From Catajapyx aquilonaris (lineage: Eukaryota), in the NCBI GenBank assembly GCA_000934665.2, contig KZ538254.1:62001-91688 (forward strand): 29,688 bases of DNA. The letters are read 5' to 3'. Below, piece by piece: positions 1 to 13,964 of this stretch. The notes under the pieces are model-generated. The model ran no database searches and was not told the DNA's origin. It worked only from the letters and a program-made list of their open reading frames with translations. The stretch's first letter is position 1; each line of letters starts with the position of its first letter. A program made the position numbers and the translations under genes.

Positions 1-3000
1 TCGACGACGTCGCAGCACCGCCAACACCCAATTTCTCTCTCTCTCTCTGCTGGGGGACCACCAGCACCACAACCAAGGGTCGACGACCCTCCTCTTCTCT
101 CTTCCAGAGCCGCCTCCTCCCCAAACACACACGTTATCGTCCCATCAGACCAGCGGGTAAGGACCACGTGGCTCCGACGGAAGGAACCGCCGACCGCACC
201 CACAACCACCAAAGGCAACTTCCTCCCACACATTTCCTTCTCTCCTCTAGTATACATTATTTTCTCTCCGCATACAGCCAGCAGCAATAACAATCCAGCC
301 CGCCCTCGGTGTCCCCCCGAGGCTTTTTTTTTTTTCAATTCTCTCCGTAAATCACGTATATTGGTTGTTTCCTACACCATACATCTTCATTGATTGGCTC
401 CATTTTTCACCAAGTTTGCTGCAGACTCGAGCGGCAGCTGGTTGGCTGGATGTGGATCGGGTGCTGCACTGATCCAGTCCAAAAATTCAAGACGGGAAGG
501 TCCAGCACATAAATCCCATGGTCCCACACGTCGATCAGACAGCCCCATTTTTTTGCCGCATGATTGTTGCTTCTCTTTGAGCGCGGCTGCTGGAGTGAAC
601 AATATATTAGCATCTTGCCCCCATCAAGGAGAAATGTAATTGGGTAGCAGTGTGCACCAGCCTGTGTGCACCACCATCAGAAGGGGGGGTTTGGAGAAAT
701 GCGAAGATGCACAGAAAGCTGTAAGGTCTTGGTGGTGTGAGTGTCGCGCTCCACAAAGTTCCTCCATGGTGAGGTATGCGGCCATCATGTTGGTTTTCAA
801 ATACATAACCCCCCCCCTCCCCCCCCTCCCCCCCACCTCTTATCTTTATAGCCTCCAGCATGCACCATAGTCTCCTCGCTCTCTGGCTTCGAGAATCTAT
901 TGGCTGAATTTAAGCACAATACCCTCGTCCTTTCTCCGGCCCCCTTTTCATATAGCCAATTCTGGAGTCGAGCTTTTCCGGAGAATCGCAGCTCATACAT
1001 CACCGTGATCATCAGCAACCGAGGGCAAAAGGTGGAGCAAAAGGAGGGCAGAGCTACGTAGTCAAGGGTCGTGCTGCTGTTGCTGCAGGCGGAGACAGCA
1101 TTTGACGTATCGCCCTTTTGGAAGGAAAGAGGGAGGGGGGAGGATATGGAGGGAGGTGGAGGTTGGGTGGGGTGGCACACCGGTCTTGCTTCATGCGCAA
1201 TGACTCCAATACTACTTCCGCCATCACATCACAGCTGCCCCACCACCACAACCACCTCCAGGCAGGCAGGCAGTCTCCATCTCTCAACAATGGCTATCGG
1301 GGAGGGCGTTGTCTTCATCACTGCCAAACTCATCTTCCTGCTCTCTCTCTCTCTCTCTCATTTCTACTCACACCTGACAATCCGACTCAAATATTCTCTC
1401 TTTTCGCCAATTGCACACATTTCAGGGATAATTACTCGAGGGGGACACACCCCCCACTCTTGCGCGACTTTTCCTATCATGTTCTCACCCTCCAGGCTCT
1501 CTTTTTTTTTACTCCAATACCGTTCGCTTCTTCTCTGCATGGTCATGGCCGTGTGTCGCCTGCATTTTCAAACCATGACGAATGAGGATTGGAGGGAGGG
1601 GGGGGNATGTAGAGGAGGTACAGTAAATGGGGTGAGGGGGGTGGAGGGGGGAATGCGGAAGTACGCCTGCTGTGCAATGTGTGTGTTTATATGCCCGAAT
1701 CGCCCAACTCAATGGGGATTGGTGACTTATACGTACGCATGGGCCACATTATGATGCATCGCGGGACGAGGAGGCGCAGCGAGAGGTCCCAATGTGAGCA
1801 TGGTCACGTATAAAACACATGGTGAGAGTGACATATTATATACTCCTCGAGTTCAAATGAACAAGACACGGACCATTCACTGTGCCAACCAGTTTCGAAA
1901 AGAAAAGGAACACTGGGCATGCAAATGTGACCCTGATTGTTGCTCATTCGTTATTCCAATTGGGTTGCTTCTCTACACTGCTGGTTGCTGGGGATGAACA
2001 ATCCATTACGCCCCCCCCCCCTCCCCTCCAACACTTAGACTGTGGACTTGGGAAGTGCATCTTCACGACCCAAAACTCTTTCTGGGAAGCAAGTCTTGCC
2101 ATTAATTTATTGCATCCACCTGGGTTGAAGAATGAGCGTGAAAATGCAAATACAATCGGCGCTCTTTTTTTCGCATAATAGGAATGGAAACAGGTTCTTA
2201 AAAACCCAGTAAGGTCATAAATGGGGAGGTGGATGGACATTTGGTCGGGAATTAAAAAATGAAATGGATATTGCACCAATGTATAAAAATGTAGATATTA
2301 ATAATTATAAGCCGAGCTCGAGCACATTTGCATCGTGAATTTTCGACGGCCAAGCAAAATAGGTGCCACGAAGATTGTCCATCTTACTTGCCAGGATTAC
2401 GTGCAACTTTTAAACCCAGGTTTTCATACCACAAAGAATATATGCAAAAACAAGTATTTTTTTTTCTTCAGCTACTGGCTAAATTGTTAGGAACAACTGC
2501 TAAAGTTCATCATGCTGCAGCACACAGCAAAATCTATTCTGCAACGGATCCTTTCATTGAGTGATGCATGTTGATATGCAGTCGCTTTACTCAATAGTTA
2601 CCATGTACTCAATATCAGCTATAAAGAAGCGAAAATGCCCGTCATTCAATAGCAGCGCTTTGTTCACTTTCAGTTCTTATTGTGACATGCTGAATGGGAA
2701 TGGAACGACCACTTTTCTATATCCATTCTTCAACTATATACGATTTCATCTCACAGATTCGGTTGCTATTCGCCTTGCTTGCTGCTGGCCAGTGACAGGG
2801 GTATTTCCTAATCAAGTTGTGCCACACTTAGATGACACCAAATCGTGACATCGGCAGGAACAAACAAGTGGGCTATTCAGTCACGAAATACACGACGGAA
2901 TGGTGACCCTTCCGCAGCAGGGTCCGGTTGTAGAATGCTATAGAGCGAATGACATCACCATCATCATCATGAGAATACGGTGCCTTATCGTTCATTGCAC

Positions 3001-3285
3001 TATAGATGACGCGTATGTGTCACAGGTCACCGATCAGTGTCAAATGGAAGGTCAAGAGGAGGGCACAAAAAGGGGCGCTTATTGTCCAGCATTATTGGCC
3101 CGAGGACTTGGGCAGCGAAGCACTTTGTATCTTGAACCTCCCTATATAAAATGGGCTGGTCGTGCGCTCCTTCCTTCCCCTCATCTGATCAAAATTCAAT
3201 TACAACTCCCTCCCGATGCCGCTGATGGTGCCAGCGAGGAGGAGCCAGGACCACCATCAACGACCGGCATGGGCCTCAGAGAGAG

Positions 3286-3289
<4 letters not shown>

Positions 3290-3328
<39 letters not shown>
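3290..3328. repeat. (AG)n microsatellite
   Basis: About 19 uninterrupted AG units. Confidence 0.95.
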
Positions 3329-3331
<3 letters not shown>

Positions 3332-5144
3332 AAAGTGTGGGTATTGAGCATCTTGTGCATGGCAGCACCACCTATTGTTGCCTGGGGAAAGCAGACCGGG
3401 GGCCTCCTCCCCCGCCGGCCAAGCCCCACACAGACTGCTCGGCCTTCCATGATATACTGGGGGTTTTATATACGGTTGTACACAGTATATACGTGCAGAC
3501 TGCACTGGTGAAATGGGCCCAATGCGGCGTCCTTGCCCTAGCTCTCCAGTGGAAGTGGAACCCGAATGGGAGCAGCTGCACAATGCCATCGGACCACGCC
3601 CAATATTGAAACAGAGCACTGGCTCGCAACCCCCCCACCACGGTGCACCTATACAGCCATACACCACCAGTGGAAGAGCTGCAGCTCGATACATACACGG
3701 CCACGCGCCCCAATCAAATGCGCCTGACGCAGGTGAGAAGGTCTTGGGACCAACGGACTTCCGCTCACACATCGCAGTACAACCACTTGCGGCCATAACA
3801 CACTCGGTATTGCACCCTCTCATATACATACAGTCGTGCACGAGTACGCGAGTGCAGCTCGAACGTGAGCGGTGGTGGATTGAGGCGGTTTCATCCTGCA
3901 GGCTATACTTGCCCTCCGAACAAGCGCGAGCAGGTTGAAACGTTCGTTCCGAATATTTATTAACACCGTCGCTATATATTAGAGTGCACTTCGTATAGGG
4001 GCGTCACCTTGGGCGTCACGATGCGTCCGAAGAGTGTGGCACTGCACAAACGGGCGAGCGTGCTAGTAATAACAATCATCATTATAATGAATGATGCAAT
4101 GTCCTTATAATAGTCGGCCATGCCCGACAGTCGTCACTGTCGCTGCTTGCATTCGAGACCCACTTCCTTTCGAGTCCAGGCAGGAAATGAGCCTAGTTGT
4201 ACTGACGCTGTTGTACACACACAATATAAGACGCGGTCCGTGGCCATGAAGGATGATGCCTGCCTCTCCTCCTCGGTCCACAATAGCATGCCCTCTCTTA
4301 ATTGGCTCAATAAGTGGAGCCAGCAGCATCCAGTATGCATGTACTCTACATATACTGTATATGTGACCGAGGTCCGCTGAATCCATGCATGCAGGACGGA
4401 GGTGCATTCCTTCGTACTCACAGGCATTTCCCCATCGCCAATGACGTCACCCAGATCACGTCATGCGTGGCAATCGCCAGCTATCATCGCCCGCTTCCTA
4501 TACTGCATTACATATACAACTACAATGCAATATCACAGGTTGCTCCAATACAGTTTGAAATAACTCATCCATGGATGTGCTTGGTGGCAACGGCCGTGGC
4601 CACAATAATCGGTTGCGCAACACCGAATTATTGCAGCTGAAATGCTGTGGGTGGACGGGATGTATCCATCGCAATGCAGCATCCCATCCCCCCCCCTCTT
4701 CAGAGGGATCAGTTTTTCCCCCTCCCAACCCCTTCGAGAGATGGACCGCAGCAGCATGATACTGTAAGTCTGTCTCATCCATGGGTGGAGAAGTTGTGTC
4801 ATCGAAGGAGGGGGTTGGAGAGATTCGTCCCAGGGCCCTCCTCATGACTCATCCAGCCAGCCAAAGAAAGGCAGTATCACTGTCTGCACTCTCTGATGAC
4901 CAGGCAGCGGGACACACCCAGAGTCACAGTGTGTCCGAGAAGAACTCTCTGCATGTGCCCCCCTCCCCATCATCCATTTCCAGAGTGTGGCAGGAAGGAA
5001 GGAAGGAAGGAGCAGCCCAGATCTGGATAACCCTGGGTTAGAATATCAAATTCCCCAACAGCAGTCGCCGATGAGTTGGAAAAGCAAACCTTGCCAAATG
5101 CACATTTCTCAAGGCGGGGTTGGAGGGGGACGGAGGGATTTGGA

Positions 5145-5174
5145 GAAGAAGAAGAAGAAGAAGAAGAAGAAGAA
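5145..5174. repeat. (GAA)10 microsatellite
   Basis: Direct reading of the sequence. Confidence 0.9.
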
Positions 5175-7452
5175 AAAAGAAAGGCAATGCGAGAGGGGCA
5201 TCACCTGCTGATGCTGCCGCCTATTTTAAACAGTTCTATAAATAGAAATCGTGGTTCGGGTTGAGGGGACTCTTGTTTGCGGCCCGTTTGGCCTCAACCA
5301 TCTGACTCTCTTTTTACGATTCCAAGCACACTTCATAAACATACTTTCACGCCGCTTGACACTGTCCTCTCCGGACTTGAAAAGGCCACTTGCACTGACC
5401 CTCTCCCTTTTGGGGACCATGATGTAAAAATGTCACGCGGCATTTGCCATGGCCCGCTCCTGTTCCCCCCCTATATAGCTAGAACAATGTTTTGGTTAAA
5501 AATAAATAGATGATCAGGGGGTCCTCCTTATGGCGATGATGACAGGGTTTCCTGCATTGCGGGCCTAGGGCCACGCCTTTACAGAGGAGGTGGGGATGGG
5601 AGGTATATAGTCCCCCTCATGATGACCTTTCGACAGCTTTTGTGCCCGACCACACTGGCTACGCCCCCCTTCTCCCTCTTCCTCCCTCCCTCCCTCCCCC
5701 ATTCAACACTTCCGGCCATTTGGAACGTCCGTCCGTGAATCCTCCTCCTCTTCATCCCGCTTATAGTTTAGGCACAGTATATAATATGGCTCGAAAAAAA
5801 GAAATCAGGTTCACACGCTCACCTTGACCCACCCAGCAAAGCCACAACGCGCTCTACTCATGCTCTACTGACTATACGATCACTATACATTGGCACACCC
5901 TCGGGTATCCTAGCTGCGTCCAGCTATCCATTCCCCACTACGATAACTGAGGGCGATTAGAAGCTCGGTATAAGACTGAGAACCTTTCATGCCTTCATTG
6001 CAATATAATTTCCGAGGTATATGCCTTGTGTCAAAACGGCACGACTAAAAAATTCCCCAGCATCTCGTTGTACCCATCAAATCAACAGATGGACATTAGT
6101 TTTTCACTGAATGAAGAAATTTTGCCTGTTGCAATAAGATTGCGTCCATTCTCTGCATGCATCCCGACCCTATATGAACAGAGTGGGGGCAAACTCCAAC
6201 CACAGAAGATAAGAAAACAAGGTACGGATTGTTTAAAACGAAAGATATATCAAAAAAACTGCAGTTTAAATACGTAATTATGAGAAGCCCGAGTACCTGG
6301 TCCAATGGATTTGGTAAGGAATTACGAATTGTTCTCTACATAAACAATTTTCAAGGCGAAACTTTACCCGTTGCGTTTGAGACAAAGAATCGGGGGAATC
6401 CACTTCTTGTCGTGCTATCCGGATAATCTCAAAAGTTTTTCGCAAACGGCTTTGCAATTAGGTGGATTATACCGTGTATTTGCAGGAAAATTGCAAGCCA
6501 CGTCATTTAAAAAATAATAATAAACTTGTGGCTGGGACCGAACAGGCCACACCTATACTCCCATTTTCCCTGCTTTTAGACTGTGAAGTTAATTGGGCAG
6601 CGTAATTGCCCCGAGTGTACGGAAATCTCGTAAATAATCCGCAAGCAAGGTGCCAATATATAGGGGAAGTGGCTCCCGTCCAATCAGGAATATAATATAG
6701 GACCGACCTCTGATTAGATCCTGTCCCTCCCCCTGTTATTTCCACCGTTTTCTCTATACAGAGTTTCATTCAACCACGTGCTGTGCAGCCACATGATATT
6801 ATAATCCAACCAGGCATCAGGCAGGCATTCTTCCCATCTGAGGACCCCGTTCCTTTTTTCCCCACTCCGCATGGTGATTAGACGAGTCTGCCAAGAATTC
6901 ACGGGCCGAGTATACGTATACGCGATGGCATCCACGTGCTTTTTTCAAGCGACATCCACTGCTGGGCGACTTTGGGAACGGGGAGGGAGGGAACTTATTT
7001 TGGGTGACTGCTAACTAACTATATACCGCCTACATCTCTCTCCACTCGTGCCCCCTTACTCCAAAATCCATTCATTCATTGCCTTCGAGGCGTGTTTGCA
7101 TAAACAGGGCGGTTCAGTGCCCAAGTCCCCTCATTTCCAGATCATCAGGGGGCTAGGGAGGGAAGGGCGGGATTATTCATCCCGCAGCTTCCCATTTTAA
7201 CTGACTGTTACTTGCAAAGGGTTCCTTCTTCTCATAATTCCTCTTGGAGTGAACAATCCCATGGAACTGAGCCACGCATCACCCTGTACATATGAACAAA
7301 CACAAGACAGGAGGGGGGGAGCTAAAAAGGAACCATCAGGAGCGTTCGAGTCATTTCCATCACTTTCTCGGCTTCGGGCATCGCCACCCGCATATGGACC
7401 AACTCTGGCTGATTTGGAGCAAGTCATGGAGCCCTGCACTATGGTTGTAGAT

Positions 7453-7688
7453 CAGTGCTTCCCAAAATGTGGGTCGCGAACATAATATGATTCGGGGTCG
7501 CAAGGGAGTGTAATAAATTATTTTAGCAAAATTATCTCAGCTGGAATATAAGCCCGTAAACGACATGTATTAATTTATCGGTGGACTATATACCATTGTC
7601 TTTTCATGTTGGTGGTCAAGTGGGGGGTCGCGAATTTTTCGGGGCGATTTCCTGTGGTCTCCAGCGAAGTATAGATTGGGAAGCACTG
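7453..7688. mobile_element. Non-autonomous hAT-superfamily (Buster/Charlie-like) MITE, 236 bp
   Basis: Perfect 13-bp TIRs: CAGTGCTTCCCAA (7453-7465) and TTGGGAAGCACTG (7676-7688). Three internal GGGTCGC(G)AA repeats (~7471, ~7495, ~7625). Left flank TTGTAGAT resembles the NTCTAGAN target, but the right flank CTGGTATA does not match it. Confidence 0.75.
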
Positions 7689-10600
7689 CTGGTATATAGA
7701 TTGAATGGCTCATATATCTACTCGAAAGAACCAAGGGTCGCCCGTGTGAATGCGACTGATCGGGGGGTCATTTGCACGCAGCAGCATCGGAGAAACTGGA
7801 TCCGGTCTACTATTTGGTTGCCACAGTCACGCAGTAATCGATATGGAGAGTCAACATGGATGAATTCAGTTGGTCTACATAGACCGGATTAGGTTTCCTG
7901 CGGTGATCGCGCATAAATTCCCCCGATGAATTTCCCCACTCCGCCAGAAACAGCACGTATATGCGGGAAAGCGAGAAACTATTCTAGGAATATACGCGAT
8001 AGTCATCGTCATGCAATCCTGCTGCCGTCTCCCCCTTCATCAGCTCGAAGAGCTAAACGTGTCGTCAGAATATATATACTCAGGGACAAGAAGTCATCTC
8101 TATATATGTATAAGAGCTGCCTGTGGGAGATGTGGGGTGACGTCATGAAAAGTTACACGGTGATTCGCTGTGTGATATACTGAAACCAGGAAAAGGCATG
8201 AGTTCGGCCACCTGAATCGTCCATGCAGTGCATCATGCACCACATTCCTTCTGATCAGAATCTGCTGCCGGCTCAATGATTCATGCCGCTGATTGTGATA
8301 CACACTCGGAAGATACGGTGCCGCGGAGAAACCTTGCGAAATGAAAAAGTGCATAATAAAATACGCCGCGTACATAGGATGGCTGCAATGAGAACGCCTA
8401 CAGATCTGGCATCCTTAGCGCAAGGAAAGCGGTACATGCAGTGAGCAATAAGGCCTTCAACATCCTACTTCGGCTGCTTTATGTTGGTTTTTGCGGGGCC
8501 GAATTCAAGAGGAAAAGCCGGTAATTGTTCGCCCCAGCATATTATTTGCCGCGAGAGTTGCTCACATTTTATATTGGTTGCTGTGATGGGTGAACAATCC
8601 CCGTTTCCTTCCCTTGAAGTGCGGATTTGTGAGGCGCACCACACCTGATATGGATGCGACCCTCTCTCTCTCTTTCATCAGTTGGGTGGGTGGTGGTCCT
8701 TGTCCTGAATCGAGTGGGTGCTGCTGCCTGTACTATACGCGATCTGTGGACCCCGTCCAAGGAAGCAAGGAGCAGGCCCGCGCACCGTATAATGTGAACC
8801 TACTATATATACACGCTCCAGTGATGGCGATGATGATGATGAGGGTGCTGGGTGGAGGCCATCGGCAGAGGGGGAGGGATCGACATTGAACTAGATTCCA
8901 GGCACTTACTGAGACTGGCAGCAGCAATAAAGGTCTGGGGTGCTCGAATGGAATCCGGCAGAAATAATACGCAGCTCATCAAACGGAATGGAACAGCAGC
9001 TTGCTGTCCATGCATCAGGGGCAGGTGCGTTATTCGAGTATGTACCATGTATATAAGGACGGTGAGGACGTGTGCAGCACATCTCGCGTATTACGTCCAT
9101 GCAGCCATGCATGGTTGCTGCGTATACCCATCACTTTCATACATCGCGCTCGACAGACTGCGACCGCGCAGGGCAGCAACAGCTTGCTGTCTGCTGACCT
9201 CCCACCAACCTAACATGCCTGCCTCTTGCTGACGACTTCTGTGTGTGTGTGTGCATGTGGAGTGTATACGTGCCCAGACCGAGCACAATTATATTCCTCA
9301 GGAAAAGAGGCATAAAAAGCAGGCAGGCAGAAACAAAAAAGAGAGATGCCTCCCCTCATTTCCGCTCCCTCTCCCAACTTCGTAAACGAGTAGCCTCCGA
9401 CATTGTAAGTATATATACCTGTCGGCTCTGACAGCATGTACTCGAGAGCGATATATTGTACGCGTATCGGCGCAGTGATAAATGCATACCGTGTATAGGA
9501 GGCCATCATCCAGCGAGTGAGGGCCTTTGACCAGCAGCAGATCCGCGATACATGGAAGGACAATGAGCTTCCCCCCCCCGATCTCCCACCACCTCCTCTA
9601 TACATGAAGACCCCCCCCTACATCCTCTGCACGCACACAATGAATGAGTGCATGGGCCACCATCCGTACGATCACCGCACATATACACATTCGAGCTACA
9701 GCTATGGTGTCCGCTAACCTGCTGTCATGTACAGCACTATACACTAGCACTGAGGGCAAACCGCCAGTTCATTTTGCAAATGACCAGCAGCTACGGGTAT
9801 AAAAGAGAGGTACAGTGCATGATGATGGTGTCGTTTGTGGGGCCTCAGGTAGCTCTCGTTGTATAGCAGATTTCTACATTTGTATACTACGTGTCTCTCT
9901 CCCCCACGTCCGGCGTGACTAATAAAGACCAAGTTGGTGGGACAAATAACAGTGATTATAGGTATGGCTGTGGCTACCGAAAATTACCCCGCCCTGGTTG
10001 TCGTGTGACCATAAAAGCCATCCATGATGACGGGATAGCATGGCTGTATACATTGTGTGTCTATGTGCACCATATCGATCGCATCCGCAGCTCTGTATAT
10101 TCTGCTGGTAGGCCACGCACATCACGTGCCATTTATGCCGTTATCCCAACGCCATCGAGTCGGGGAAATAAAATTAAAAGTCAGGCTGATGGTCAGTTTG
10201 TTGAGCTGCGAATGTTACAGTGTGATTATGCCACGATGAATAACATATGCTCGGGCATCATAGGTCACTCCACCGTGCGCAAGCACCGGGGACACTCCGT
10301 GAATAGTGATTTAAATCATTCTGCGCGTGGGTTTTCTGGTCAGCGCGACAACAATATTGGGTGCATCTATATATGAGAGAGACTTTTGCCGGCTCTTTTC
10401 TTATATCGACCATGCCGGCTGAAGGGAAGGGAGGGTGTGGGTGGGGTTGGGGTGAATACAGCAGCAGCAGTCTGGCTATGGCTACAGCTGATCGATACAT
10501 CCGTCTCAGAAACATTACTGATTTCGTTTTTCCCCCTCCCCCACACACCCTCGCAATCCCCTGAGACATAAGCCTGCTGGATATCGCAGCTTATTCCAGG

Positions 10601-13600
10601 CAGGCAATGTCATGACCTGCATATATCACCTCAGCATGCCCCCCCGGACCACCTGTGCAATTAGCGAGGCGTGACCTGTCGAGTGTCTCCCACCAAAAGA
10701 AAGGTAAAGGTCAGCTCTAAATGCCAGCAGCCGGAGTGAGCCGGGATGAAAATGTTTAAAAATGTGTCAACATCTGTAGGTTGTCAGCGAAGTTGTCAAG
10801 TGTGCCGCAGAATGCACACGTGATCGGTGTCTATAGTATTCGGTTACAGAAAAGAGTAAGGTCGGGCGTGCAGTGACCTTCAGGCGTTGTCACCAACGTT
10901 ATCACCACGCCCGCGGACCTCAACAGAAAAGGGCAAGTGCCTGGTGCCAAATAAGATGAGATACAGTCCCGCAATTAGCAAGCCACCCAGGACACCCGCC
11001 CACCGGTGACGTCACGCCCGGTTTCTGGCCTCTCTCCTCGGCATGTGTATATGTGTATTGTACGTGCTTCGTCACCCTTCCCCTGGTCTTGTGTCACGTT
11101 AAAAGGACCGGCACCAGACCATGACGTCAGCCCACCCTTTTAAAAAATCTGCATCATCTCTATACTATACACTCGATAATGATGCATAATTCGCAACAAT
11201 GGGGCCCACCATATACACTCTTAAAACATTTGTCTCGACCCGAGGGACTGCCATTGTCTGGAGTGTAATACGTGCATATACAACACCCTCATCAGCAGGT
11301 TACATCGTTTGGAGGCTTTCTCTCTCCCCGGCGGCCCTTCTCGCCCAGCACACGACGAGACGCTTCTTTGCACAACAAGGTTGCCGGTGCAGCTTATTGC
11401 ACCAGGCCGGACACTGACCCTCCCCCCCCCCCCCCTTCTTCATCCTACCCACCCAAGTCGGCCAACTTACCATACGTATATACTCGTGGTAATAAACCCA
11501 AGGCTGATGACGCTTATCATAATCCTACCCCATAATACGTGTACCCCACATGGGTGATTGACTACAGGCTGCGCACCTGTCCGCATGTGTCTCACTGCCT
11601 GTCACGTGCGCGGGTATTTTTACATCTCCGATTGCCCCCCTCCCTTCCACTCAATCTCCCCCTGCACGAATTGCAGGGAATCAATAAGACAGTCTCGCAT
11701 GACATGTAGTACACATGCGTACATGCCCAGGAGGGCCACTGCATGCGTATGGAAATGAGCGCCCGTACCTTGTGTGCCGGACACGTCCGAGTACACGAGA
11801 GCCACCACCATCCTATCCTGGACAGTCCTTCTGCTGCACTGCGCACACGGTGCAGTCCCCACTCACACACACACACCTCTCTCTGAACCACCAATGTCGA
11901 CGACGAGGACTGCCGTGTCCCCCCGCGCACTGCTCTAGCTTCAGACTGCCGCACTCTCCTGCCCAGTGCAGCACGCACACTCTCACCCACCGACTACCAC
12001 CACATCTTCCTTACATGCCCCCCTAAACTTTTACACAAAAAAAAACAACCGATCCTTCTCACACATGGCGCCCTCTGACTCTCCCTCCAACCCTCTCACC
12101 CCCTACCACCACCCTCAGTCTGTCTCGCAAAAGATGTACAGGGTCCTACCATCTGCCGGCCGAACATCCAACACCGAGTCCCACTCCACCCCCCTTAGTA
12201 ATGCCATGAATATAAAATGAATGGGAAGGAAGGAGGGCCATACTGACTGAACAATGCAGCAGTGTGGAGGAATCACCACACGCCTCATCACACATGCATG
12301 CATGCATGAGTGTGTGCACACCTCTGCGTGGCCCAGTTATTACCTCACCATCCAGCATCAACCTATACCTATTGCACTGCAAAGAGGGGCTCCTTCACTT
12401 TTCTCGCTTGTATTCACTCCCTTTCCATTCAATCCTGCCCCACCCTGTTAACGAGTGTGTGTGACATGCATGCCATTACTTGCCATTTGCACAAAAACAT
12501 ACACCTGCGATTTCCTGTTACACAACCAAACCGGCTCTCGTCAGGCATATCAAACCTGCATTTTGCAGGGCTATGCGGATCGCTCTTATCTTCCAATGTC
12601 CACAATATCATTCTAGTTCCACATCATTCAACTACAAAACAGACACAGAAAATTTGGAGAAATGCAACTGGCTAACTTTATACGCACTTTAAATAGTGCT
12701 CGAACTCAGTGCCTCCTAGTAATCCAAACAACGCACAAGGTCAACTCGCGTCATTAAAACAGCAAGTGCAACATTAAACAACCCCTCTGAATTACTTCCT
12801 AGCACAGCTCACATTCCCTCATATAAAGGCCCAATAACCACAGCTACTTCCTCAGCACAAGCAAACAAAATTAGCTCACTTTTGATGTAGAAAAATTAAG
12901 CTCCTGAAGTTCATATTGGAAAACAGTCACCTTTACTCCAGTTAATCATATTGATTGCGGTAAATCACTTGTAGGGTGATTATCAAGTCTCACATGTGAG
13001 GAGAGCAATTAGTAAAACCAGCATGTCAGGGCGTGTGCAGGAGAGGTAGGGGATCACCCAGTGCACCCTTCATAGATAGGAGTAAAAACCATGGCTAGGG
13101 TAGCAGCAGATAAGGCAGAGATAATGCAAAGGTAACATATGCCACGATTATCTTGCACATTTAGCGTACAAGTGGTACATCCTAATATTATGCAAGCCTC
13201 CCTTAATAACCAGGCAAACCTAAATATTAAGAGACATACACCGACAAAACTCGTGGGTTTAAAGAAAAAACGTGGCTATCCCATTCCCTCCAAGTTGTGC
13301 TTTTCTCAATCAATGGAATAAGCTACGTAAGGATGAGGATGTGAAGTGATCACAGCACATTCTGGGGAGCCAGTCTGCTTCCAGCAATGAGCCACAGGTG
13401 TTGACAACGTGTCGAGTCTTTTCTATGCGGCATCATGAGGCAGGATAATCCCTTGGTGGTGGTCAAAATGTCACGATTCAAGTAGTGTCGACGTTGGATA
13501 AACGTCACATACATTAGGCTAAAGTAGAAATGGTGATGCAAGGTCAGAAATAAGCATTGCAGTGGAGAGCCATCCATGTGGAACTTGGCATTGGGAATGT

Positions 13601-13813
13601 GCATATTGCGACGAAGGGGGATGGGGCCACCTGTGTGAGAGCAGTGGCCGCCTTCTTCGCCTCCTCTTCTAGCCCACCACCGTCCCTCCCCGTCCCGCAG
13701 GTGAGTGTCCTGGCGGTGGTCGCTCCACCTCGGGCAGAGCGAGGGAAGGGCGGTTGGGCAGGAGGTTGCGGTGTGTGCCTCCCCGGATATGCACAGCCTC
13801 TCTCTCTACTCAC

Positions 13814-13964
13814 CCGCTGCTGCCGCTGCTGGAGGTGGAGGTCCTCCCGCCTGGGTCCCGTCGTCCCTGCCGTGGTGGTCTCCCCGTGGTGGCCCTCCCC
13901 AGTCGCTCCTTCCGCAGTCCGCAGCTGCTCCTCCAGATCCGCCACCACTGACACCGGACGCCAT
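13814..13964 (-). CDS. Putative first coding exon of an unidentified gene running leftward (Gly/Ala/Pro-rich N-terminus)
   Basis: AAGATGGCG start context; 50 codons plus 1 nt (MASGVSGGGSGGAAADCGRSDWGG...PPPPAAAAA) ending at a consensus donor G|GTGAGT (13813-13808). GC/CpG-rich and divergent from ACAT2. No homology recognised and no downstream exon found. Confidence 0.4.

Noticed and set aside
797..1180. 127-aa minus-strand ORF, and the many other short ORFs in 1-13.5 kb
   Set aside because: No recognisable family motifs; many are driven by microsatellites or homopolymers. The acceptor near 1113 hits a stop in the phase needed to join the 13814 donor.
4627..4670. Peptide QLKCCGWTG resembling the tetraspanin CCG motif after a TGCAG
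   Set aside because: No downstream PxSC/Cys pattern or transmembrane exons; likely chance.
6038..6415. Imperfect inverted repeat GCACGAC..ATTCCCC / GGGGAAT..GTCGTGC around an AT-rich segment
   Set aside because: Short and gapped, does not extend outward, and has no TSD; too weak to call a MITE.
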